A stretch of DNA of 64,000 nt from the IMG/VR virus record IMGVR_UViG_3300037067_027616, positions 192,001 to 256,000 of that record. The stretch is one strand, 5' to 3'. This document shows, in pieces, positions 15,772 to 22,734 of the stretch. The DNA comes from a virus. Lineage: Duplodnaviria > Caudoviricetes. Within the stretch, counting starts at the first letter, position 1. Each line of letters starts with the position of its first letter. Position numbers and translations under genes: made by a program. The notes beneath the pieces are model-generated. The model was not told where the DNA came from, made no database searches, and worked only from the letters and a program-made list of their open reading frames with translations.

Positions 15772-16187
15772 TTTCTGTTTTCATCAATGATTTTGTGCTC
15801 CCGCTCCCACCCGTCCACATATGTCTGTAACTGTTTTTCCACCCAATCGTGAACTTTCTGGGAAAAATCCACTCCATATTCTTTTTTAGCCTCTTCAAAT
15901 CCGACCCGCCACGCTTCCTTCTCAATGTCCGGTGTGTAGTATTCAACAGAAGATGCAAAGTCATCTGGCATGAGAGCGTGACCCAACTCATGGAAAAATG
16001 ACGCCACCTTCAACTCATCATCCTCATAAATCCCTAAATAAATTTTGGGGTGGCAGATGTAACTTTTGTTTTCGTATTCTTCAAGACCATTGGCACTGCA
16101 GTAATCGTCTCCAGGTACGACTTGAACAACCTCATATCCGTATTTGGCGGCTACTTTTTTGAAATCGGATAGTGCCCACGAAATTAA
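15762..16187 (-). CDS. HExxH-motif hypothetical protein (start unclear)
   Basis: FFHELGH...EKEAW. Confidence 0.55.
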   Translation of the reverse strand, partial: LISWALSDFKKVAAKYGYEVVQVVPGDDYCSANGLEEYENKSYICHPKIYLGIYEDDELKVASFFHELGHALMPDDFASSVEYYTPDIEKEAWRVGFEEAKKEYGVDFSQKVHDWVEKQLQTYVDGWEREHKIIDENRKRQ

Positions 16188-16189
16188 AA

Positions 16190-16265
16190 TGGAGCGGGAG
16201 ACGAGGCTCGAACTCGCGACCTTCAGATTGGAAATCTGAGACTCTACCAACTGAGTTACTCCCGC
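16190..16265 (-). tRNA. tRNA-Gly(TCC)
   Basis: TCAGA-TTTCCAA-TCTGA; TCCA end. Confidence 0.92.
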
Positions 16266-16278
16266 GTATTTTCATATC

Positions 16279-16356
16279 TGGTACGCCTGGCGAGACTCGA
16301 ACTCGCGACCCTCAGATTAGAAGTCTGATGCTCTGATCCAGCTGAGCTACAGGCGC
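16279..16356 (-). tRNA. tRNA-Arg(TCT)
   Basis: TCAGA-CTTCTAA-TCTGA; ACCA end. Confidence 0.93.
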
Positions 16357-16361
16357 TCATG

Positions 16362-16868
16362 TTATCTCAACCCATACAAGTACAAAAGTGCCGCATACCC
16401 CGAGGGAAGTAACTGAAGAGGTTTGTCGACCTCCTTCGAGTACTTCACGGCCATCTCTAAAAAATACCGCGCGTGGAGCATCGCCTCTATCCATCTTCGC
16501 GGGTCTTTTTTAGGATCCAAGCCATCCTCCATAATTTCTTTGAACACGGAACATCGATTTTTCCAACCGTACTTGTATAGGCCTTCCAACTCCTTCAGCA
16601 CCTTGCGTGTCACAACCACCGCGGATCCAACTTTATAGGAACCGTGGTACAGCCTGTAAACTGTGTCCTCAATTTCCCAATGGCTGTTGATGTTTTCGAG
16701 AAGTTCCTCAAGTACCTTTTGTTTTTTATGGAGGTTCTTGATGAGAACGCGTTGCCCTTGGTCGTTGCTGCGCTTCTCCTTCATGGCAGCCGCGCTACTG
16801 TTGCGCAGACCTTTCTCACAGAATTTTTTGAAATCCTCGATGCTAATCTTTTTTGCTTTGTCATTCAT
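16362..16868 (-). CDS. Hypothetical protein
   Basis: 168-aa ORF (YRLYHGSYKV...LPSGYAALLYLY). Confidence 0.65.
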   Translation of the reverse strand: MNDKAKKISIEDFKKFCEKGLRNSSAAAMKEKRSNDQGQRVLIKNLHKKQKVLEELLENINSHWEIEDTVYRLYHGSYKVGSAVVVTRKVLKELEGLYKYGWKNRCSVFKEIMEDGLDPKKDPRRWIEAMLHARYFLEMAVKYSKEVDKPLQLLPSGYAALLYLYGLR

Positions 16869-17122
16869 GGAATTTTTGTTTCTCCGTGAGATTCGGAATC
16901 CATGTGCGGATCCTCGCAGAGTACAACGAATTCTCCAGTACCTTCGAGAGCCTCAAGTTCCAAATCATCGAAGTCATTCTCTTGGAAGTTCGTCCCGTCC
17001 CACCAACGGCACATGTACGTTATCCCGTGTTTTGTCACCAGTACTCCGCACACTCTGCCGTCCTGTTTTCCATCGACGATGTGTACCCTTTGGCCCGGGC
17101 TGAACTTTGATTTTACAACCAT
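16865..17122 (-). CDS. Small hypothetical protein
   Basis: 85-aa ORF with GGAG SD. Confidence 0.6.
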   Translation of the reverse strand: MVVKSKFSPGQRVHIVDGKQDGRVCGVLVTKHGITYMCRWWDGTNFQENDFDDLELEALEGTGEFVVLCEDPHMDSESHGETKIP

Positions 17123-17153
17123 GTGGCTCCCCTGTGGTGTGTGGTGTATGGTG

Positions 17154-17227
17154 TGGGCCCACCAAGAGTCGAACTTGGGACAGGCGGATTATGAGACCGC
17201 TACTCTAACCAACTGAGTTATGGGCCC
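17154..17227 (-). tRNA. tRNA with CAT anticodon, probably Ile2 (lysidine, reads ATA)
   Basis: GGGCCCA/TGGGCCC acceptor; loop CTCATAA; lacks initiator C1-A72 mismatch; Ile2 call supported by three ATA codons in leader 3. Confidence 0.8.
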
Positions 17228-17248
17228 GTTGATTCCTGCTCATACACC

Positions 17249-17277
17249 AATATACCATTCAGCGGGACACGTGTAAA
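17249..17277 (-). promoter_or_regulatory. Internal promoter-like TTTACA-17-TATATT
   Basis: Upstream of tRNA(CAT). Confidence 0.6.
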
Positions 17278-17303
17278 CTTGATACATTTGTGAAACAGGT
17301 ATG

Positions 17304-17377
17304 TAGCCCGGACGAGATTCGAACTCGTGATTTTCACAGTGAAAGTGTGATGGATTAGACCGCTACCCTACCGGGCC
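17304..17377 (-). tRNA. tRNA-Glu(TTC)
   Basis: TCACA-CTTTCAC-TGTGA. Confidence 0.9.
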
Positions 17378-17382
17378 ATACT

Positions 17383-18063
17383 TTATGCCAAATCACTTAT
17401 AAAGCCTTGATTATACCGCTTATATGATGTTCGTCTTCCGTTGGAGTGGTTCACGACCATGTCATCTCGCACCCGTATAGTACGGACCTTGTCACCCCGC
17501 ATACCACTTCCGACCTGCCCTCGCCTGGCATCATTCACGTTTCCGGTCACTTTTGACGTGAGCCTGTGGTGGATCCTCTGGCGCAACACGCTCATCGCTT
17601 GTTCCTTATTTTGGTGCTGGCTACGCTCCGATTCGCATCTCACAATAATGCCCGTCGGGATGTGCTTCACCTGTACGGCAGAATCCGTCACGTTTCGGTG
17701 TTGTCCGCCTTTTCCGGAACCGCGCGCTATTGAGATCTCTATGTCACTACACGGTATGTCCACCTTTACCCCGGGGATCTCTTCGAGGACGGCCACTGTG
17801 ATGGTGGAAGTCTGTACACGGCCGCGCTTCTCTGTCGGAGGTATCCTTTGCCACCTGTGACCGCCCGGCTCGTTCTCAAACGTTCTTGCGGCGTCTTCTC
17901 CCGATATTTTGATGCAGACGTAACCTGGTCGCATCTCCAGGACACGCATCTAATATCCCTTCAAAACGCACACCTTTCCATAAATCCTGAACTGATCTTC
18001 AACTAAAAGCTTTGCATCGTCTCCGCCTTCGGCGGCTCTGATTTCCACTATGATTGATTGCAT
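17383..18063 (-). CDS. Class I release factor, RF1-like (PxT, GGQ), lacking domain 1, with in-frame TAG at codon 38
   Basis: MQSIIVEIRAAEGGDDAKLLVEDQFRIYGKVCVLKGY-TAG(17952..17950)-MRVLE...GGHRWQRIPPTEKRGRVQTS...GKGGQHRN; GGAGG SD before ATG 18063. Confidence 0.85.
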
Positions 18064-18079
18064 GGTACCCTCCGTTATA

Positions 18080-18192
18080 AAACGCCCTGGTGTTCCCTAC
18101 GTCCGTCCTGATAGCCCGGGCATCGGGGCATAGGAACGGTAACCTTTCGGTGAGACTTGTTCGCCGAAAGAAAACTCGGTTGCACCTTTTGG
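18080..18192 (-). ncRNA. Candidate structured RNA between tRNA-Glu(CTC) and the release factor gene
   Basis: CTTTCGG/CCGAAAG and GTTCCTATG/CGTAGGGAAC stems. Confidence 0.35.
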
Positions 18193-18199
18193 CTTATAT

Positions 18200-18277
18200 T
18201 GGTAGCCCGGATGAGGTTCGAACTCATGAGTCTCCGCCTTGAGAGGGCGGTGTCCTAGCCAATTAGACGACCGGGCC
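18200..18277 (-). tRNA. tRNA-Glu(CTC)
   Basis: CCGCC-CTCTCAA-GGCGG; ACCA end. Confidence 0.93.
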
Positions 18278-18310
18278 TTACATTCAAAAGTGCTTTTGTC
18301 GTCAGCAGAC

Positions 18311-18322
18311 TGTCAAAGATCA
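18311..18322 (-). promoter_or_regulatory. boxA-like element TGATCTTTGACA
   Basis: 10/12 match to rrn boxA; same position as the 7786..7797 copy. Confidence 0.55.
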
Positions 18323-18325
18323 ACG

Positions 18326-18358
18326 AAAAAACCCCGCCAGGCTTGGCCTGACGGGGTT
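18326..18358 (-). terminator. Attenuator terminator 3 (Glu/Gly/Ile2/Arg-AGR operon)
   Basis: ACCCCGTCAGGC-CAA-GCCTGGCGGGGT followed by TTTTT. Confidence 0.88.
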
Positions 18359-18381
18359 TGTGTATAAGTACAATACTCCCG

Positions 18382-18441
18382 TCAGGTGGGTATTCTTCCC
18401 TCCCTACCTTCTTCAGCTATTCTGACGGTTGCGTTTATCAT
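18382..18441 (-). CDS. Leader peptide 3 MINATVRIAEEGREGRIPT (near-leaderless mRNA)
   Basis: ATG 9 nt after the -10 box; codons 7-17 AGA ATA GCT GAA GAA GGT AGG GAG GGA AGA ATA. Confidence 0.85.
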   Translation of the reverse strand: MINATVRIAEEGREGRIPT

Positions 18442-18450
18442 AGGATATTA

Positions 18451-18479
18451 AATATAACACAAAAAAACGGTGTTGTCAA
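18451..18479 (-). promoter_or_regulatory. Sigma70-type promoter TTGACA-17-TATATT for leader 3
   Basis: -35 at 18479..18474; -10 at 18456..18451. Confidence 0.85.
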
Positions 18480-18949
18480 CCCTGTTCTTTTTTAGCGAGT
18501 CTCATGTGTTCTATCGAACTGGTCATGGTGTCTTTACCGCCCATCTCCGTTAGAAGGTACAAAAGAAGATTTTTCAAACGGAATTCGACATCCTCTTTCA
18601 TCTCGCGGACACCTTTTTTATACTTCTCCACAGACATCTTCAACTTTGGTACTTTGGCGGCCACGCTGTCGAGTATCCTCTCGAATTGGTCGAGAGCATT
18701 TTTAATGCTGTCTATTGGAACTTGGGCCTTGTCCCTATGTTCCATAATGACATCGTCTAAAGAAGGGGTATTCAAATCCCGGGGACTTGGGATAACATTG
18801 TACGGATGCTTTGCAGGATACACGGTGTTTGGAGAGTAAGCAGATTCGATGGTGTTAGATATCACATCGACATCCTCTGCCTCCTTGATCATTCCTAAAA
18901 ACTCGAGTCGTTCAGCAATGTCATCAAATGTCGCGATTACTTCTTTCAT
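18476..18949 (-). CDS. Hypothetical protein with FDDIAERLEFLGMIKEAEDVDVISNTI motif
   Basis: 157-aa ORF; motif shared with 211..771. Confidence 0.7.
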   Translation of the reverse strand: MKEVIATFDDIAERLEFLGMIKEAEDVDVISNTIESAYSPNTVYPAKHPYNVIPSPRDLNTPSLDDVIMEHRDKAQVPIDSIKNALDQFERILDSVAAKVPKLKMSVEKYKKGVREMKEDVEFRLKNLLLYLLTEMGGKDTMTSSIEHMRLAKKEQG

Positions 18950-18956
18950 ACACCCC

Positions 18957-19862
18957 TCATTTTAGATACGTGTAATCTACCTGCTTGGACAGTTGTTCGC
19001 CTATCTCGATGTATTGGCTCATGTATTTGACCCCGTCCATGATGTCCATTTTAGGGTCAAGGTCGTATTTTTCAAGTCTTTGAAAGGTAAAATCTTGATA
19101 TTGCCCGGCTATTCCGGACAATATTTCTTCGTTAGTTCTGTCACATTGTCTACGTGCAAGTCCACCGTCCATGGGACTCATGAAATAGTAGAGTTGCCGG
19201 AGAGCATTGTAACTAGATGCCTCTTTATAGGACATGGAGAACGGGGACTCCCCGCATCCGAGGGACAACATGTGTACCTGTTCGTTTTTGAGCCAATCCA
19301 AGCGGCAGGCCTCTACGTAGGCCTCTACGGTCGGGCTGCTCATGTTACCGGTTCCTCCGTCAAGCCACACAGCGTTTCCTGCTTTGTCTTTGATGGATCC
19401 AAAATAATAAGGCGCGGCGTAGCTCCTGGACAAGGCTTCAAGTACAGTAAGTTCACCGTCTTTTTCTTCCCAAGACTTGAAGAAGTGTGTCCTTCCGTCC
19501 ACCATATTCACGCTGGTGCAGACAAAACGTGTTTCGCAATTCTTCATCCTGAACTCTCCGCCGACGTGATAACGTATGAGTTCGTCTAACGGCGTGCGGC
19601 TGTATTTATTTCCGATGAACGGTATGTGCGTTTGTGGAGTGAACACTTTAGGTATGGCCGACAGCAACAACGGGTAGAACGTTTCCATTCGGAGGGCGCC
19701 TGTGGATAGCACTCCGCCGATTATTGCACCCACGGAAGATCCCCAAACAAGGTCGAAAACCTCGTGTATTTCCTTGCCGAGGACGCGAACGATGTTGGAG
19801 AGTATCGTGGCAGCAATGGGACCCTTGGCGCCGCCGCCGTCTATTACCAAAATGCGCTTCAT
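18957..19862 (-). CDS. Patatin-like phospholipase
   Basis: DGGGAKG, GSSVG, AAPYYF, DGG. Confidence 0.9.
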   Translation of the reverse strand: MKRILVIDGGGAKGPIAATILSNIVRVLGKEIHEVFDLVWGSSVGAIIGGVLSTGALRMETFYPLLLSAIPKVFTPQTHIPFIGNKYSRTPLDELIRYHVGGEFRMKNCETRFVCTSVNMVDGRTHFFKSWEEKDGELTVLEALSRSYAAPYYFGSIKDKAGNAVWLDGGTGNMSSPTVEAYVEACRLDWLKNEQVHMLSLGCGESPFSMSYKEASSYNALRQLYYFMSPMDGGLARRQCDRTNEEILSGIAGQYQDFTFQRLEKYDLDPKMDIMDGVKYMSQYIEIGEQLSKQVDYTYLK

Positions 19863-19898
19863 ACCGAGTTAACGGTATGAAGAGAGCATTATGGTTTG

Positions 19899-20798
19899 TT
19901 AGGACGGGTCAAGACCGTTGATGTCGCTTCTTTCGATCGACAACGGGTTTTTTCTTTTGTATCCAGAAGTCTCGTGCCTTTTAACGACCTTATGATCTTC
20001 ATAGGATGCACGGAGTTTCAAAAATTCATTGTAAGACTCCGGTCTTCCATCGAACTTCAAAAAATCGTCCCAGGCGAACATGTCTTCGTCTTTGCAGAGC
20101 CATATTTTGAGGATGCGGTCGACTTCATCATAGGATTGTGCCCCGAACTGCTCCAAATCGGAGGATGTGATTCCGAGCCCGTCTGTAGGAACAGCGTGGA
20201 CACACTGCTCAAGTGCGGTTGCGGCATCCTCGGCGTGTTCGGTGCGTAGTGATTGCACGAGATACTTCGAAAGATCGTAAACCTCCGTCTTCCACAGATA
20301 TTGTATCATGCCATAGTCGCCGACGTCACCATGAAGCGTCCAGAACCCCAACTCATATTCGGAAAGATTGTCGGTAGACAGAACCAATCCTTTGTGTTTG
20401 CTTGCAAGGTCAAACAGTCTTATCATGCGGAGGCGCGCTTTCAAATTTCCCCGGCGAACTTTTCGCTCATGTGTGAGGTCACCAGGTTCATCGTCTTCCA
20501 TGAGTATTTTTACCATCGATGCAAAGTCGTTGCCAAAGTCGGCTTCTTTGAAGCTTGTGCAAAAGGCCTTTCCTACGGCCGCCGCGCGTTGTATTTCTTC
20601 ACTTTTATTCGTGGCTATGGTGATGCTTCTGCCGATGAGTTCCATACCATGATAGTCGCATACAGGTTTGGCCAATGCTGCGCACAAGGCACTGTCCAAT
20701 CCCCCGGACACACCGAGAACCAAAGAATTCAAATGGTTGGATGAAACATATTCCGACAGCGATTTCCGTAGACTCTCAACAACTTTAAGATGATCCAT
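19899..20798 (-). CDS. nadE: NH3-dependent NAD+ synthetase
   Basis: LGVSGGLDS, GNLKARLRM, GFWTLHGD, KTEVY, PTDGL. Confidence 0.93.
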   Translation of the reverse strand: MDHLKVVESLRKSLSEYVSSNHLNSLVLGVSGGLDSALCAALAKPVCDYHGMELIGRSITIATNKSEEIQRAAAVGKAFCTSFKEADFGNDFASMVKILMEDDEPGDLTHERKVRRGNLKARLRMIRLFDLASKHKGLVLSTDNLSEYELGFWTLHGDVGDYGMIQYLWKTEVYDLSKYLVQSLRTEHAEDAATALEQCVHAVPTDGLGITSSDLEQFGAQSYDEVDRILKIWLCKDEDMFAWDDFLKFDGRPESYNEFLKLRASYEDHKVVKRHETSGYKRKNPLSIERSDINGLDPS

Positions 20799-20818
20799 TT
20801 TATGTCCTTCCTGCAGGG

Positions 20819-22321
20819 TCAGTCAATGAGGATGCATTGATTTATCATATTCTGTCGTTTTTCGAAAAGATTTGGACTCAAGCCAACTTTAACCGTGTGA
20901 GGCTTGTCGATTCTCTTTTGTGTCCAATGTAACATGGCAATCTGCGACCGCACTCGTGCACGGACATCTTCAAGGGTGTCCATGAGATAGCCTTTATTTT
21001 GTGTCTGCCGCGGTTGAACATTCCAATGGCTTTCTATTTCCGTACTCTTATTGCCATCGTCCTGGTGTACAAACTTGTGTATCTCTTTAAGGTTTTCTTC
21101 TTTTCCATATATGAGGATCCCCTGCAGGAACCCGTCCTTGTCCACCAACGCGGCGGATCTGTTGGAACCGGGTATGCTTGTTTTGACCGGATTGTCCCGT
21201 GCCAATTTGATAACGCTCCGCTCGACATATCCTGCTTGCACAGAAGTAAGTTTGGCAACGCCGCCGATGCTCGGTTGATCCCAACATGTACCGGGTTTCG
21301 TTCCGCAAGCCCATACAAGGTTTTTGAGTATTTCATCAGGCTTGTATCCGAAACGCGCTGCGTTATCGCTTATCTGCTCGCGGATGGCCTGTATGGAATA
21401 TTCATCGAGGTCGTTCGTCATATAAATTTTGACATCTTGCAACCCGGCGGATTGCAACATCCGGTATCCTTCCATGGCCAAGTAGGCCAAGTCGCCACCA
21501 TCGAGGCGTATTCCCATCGTTCCTTTTGACCTGCGTATCTCATCGATGTTCTTGCTGAACGCCTTGATGGCATTTGGTATACCGGACGACAACGTGTCGA
21601 CAGTGTCCACAAGAAGTACAGGACGGCCAGGGTTGCATTGCAACCACAAGTCAAACGCTTTGAATTCATTGCCAAAACTCTGGATCCACTCGTGACCCAT
21701 GGTGCCCACGGTCGGGATATCAAACCACGATCTTATTTCTGAATTGCTGCTGATCGTGGCTCCGGCAAGATACGAATACAACGTGGTGCGCAAACAATCT
21801 TGCGCGCGCCGGCGTGCGAACTCCATAACCGATCCGACTTCCGTGGCGTTGACCACCCTCCGCCATTTCGTCATGGCGAGGCTCGGGTAATTCACGCACT
21901 CGAGGAGCATACCTTCCGCTATACGTACATCGAGAAGCGACCCCTCCAAGACAACCGCAGGCTCCCCCCCGAACATGAGGGAACCTTCGGGAAGGGCGTT
22001 TACGGTAACATTGACAGTCTTCCTCTCGATAAGGTACTTGATGAAGTCCTCACGGTATCCTTGCCCATGCAATATGTCACCTACATCGATGGAGAATTTA
22101 TACTCCGCCAGTAAGCGTTGGAACTCTGTAATTCCCCCCAAGATGGCGTAAGATCCTTCGAATGGCGCCTTTCGGATGAAGTACGTCTTCGATGCGGTAA
22201 GGTTATGCCTTTGCAGAAAGAAGTCCGACTGTGCCATCCGAGGATAGTAGTCATCCCACGGGCAAAGGCTTTTGCGAGCCATCGCGCTGAGTCCTTGGTA
22301 CAGATTCTTCTTGTCATGCAT
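20819..22321 (-). CDS. pncB: Nicotinate phosphoribosyltransferase
   Basis: MEFARRRAQ, GTMGHEW, LLVDT, GIRLDGGDL, TNDLDE, GGVAKL. Confidence 0.85.
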   Translation of the reverse strand: MHDKKNLYQGLSAMARKSLCPWDDYYPRMAQSDFFLQRHNLTASKTYFIRKAPFEGSYAILGGITEFQRLLAEYKFSIDVGDILHGQGYREDFIKYLIERKTVNVTVNALPEGSLMFGGEPAVVLEGSLLDVRIAEGMLLECVNYPSLAMTKWRRVVNATEVGSVMEFARRRAQDCLRTTLYSYLAGATISSNSEIRSWFDIPTVGTMGHEWIQSFGNEFKAFDLWLQCNPGRPVLLVDTVDTLSSGIPNAIKAFSKNIDEIRRSKGTMGIRLDGGDLAYLAMEGYRMLQSAGLQDVKIYMTNDLDEYSIQAIREQISDNAARFGYKPDEILKNLVWACGTKPGTCWDQPSIGGVAKLTSVQAGYVERSVIKLARDNPVKTSIPGSNRSAALVDKDGFLQGILIYGKEENLKEIHKFVHQDDGNKSTEIESHWNVQPRQTQNKGYLMDTLEDVRARVRSQIAMLHWTQKRIDKPHTVKVGLSPNLFEKRQNMINQCILID

Positions 22322-22335
22322 TTTAACAGCGCTCC

Positions 22336-22662
22336 CTATTTGGAGTTAGGAACTTCTTGGCACGATGCGAACCGCGCCTCGGGGTTTTTCGTAAGGACCT
22401 TCGGCATGAATTCGATCTCCGGATTTTCCACTTGCTCTAATGACTTGAAAAAGAATGGCCTGAGCACGAACCCATCTACTTCTTTCTCAAACGCCGACAA
22501 TCCCTCTTTTAAAGCAGAGTCATCGTAGAAGACGTTTTTTAAGAAGAACTTAAACTCTTCCATTGTCTTATTCTTCTCAACAACGTCCATGCCCGATGTC
22601 GGATGTACCCAACATTGCACTAGATAAGTTCTTTCTCGTTGTCCTTCGCTGTTTTCAGACAT
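22336..22662 (-). CDS. Hypothetical protein
   Basis: ORF behind a GTGACA-17-TATATT promoter-like site. Confidence 0.55.
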   Translation of the reverse strand: MSENSEGQRERTYLVQCWVHPTSGMDVVEKNKTMEEFKFFLKNVFYDDSALKEGLSAFEKEVDGFVLRPFFFKSLEQVENPEIEFMPKVLTKNPEARFASCQEVPNSK

Positions 22663-22734
22663 ATCGTTTCGGCCCTCGGTTGTTGTAGAGAACCTACCCT
22701 CCCATGGATAATATACTTTTCTGAACACGGTTTG

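Noticed and set aside
17131-17154. ACACCA-like tandem repeats after tRNA(CAT)
   Set aside because: Too short and low-complexity to support a function; could be slippage around a CCA end.
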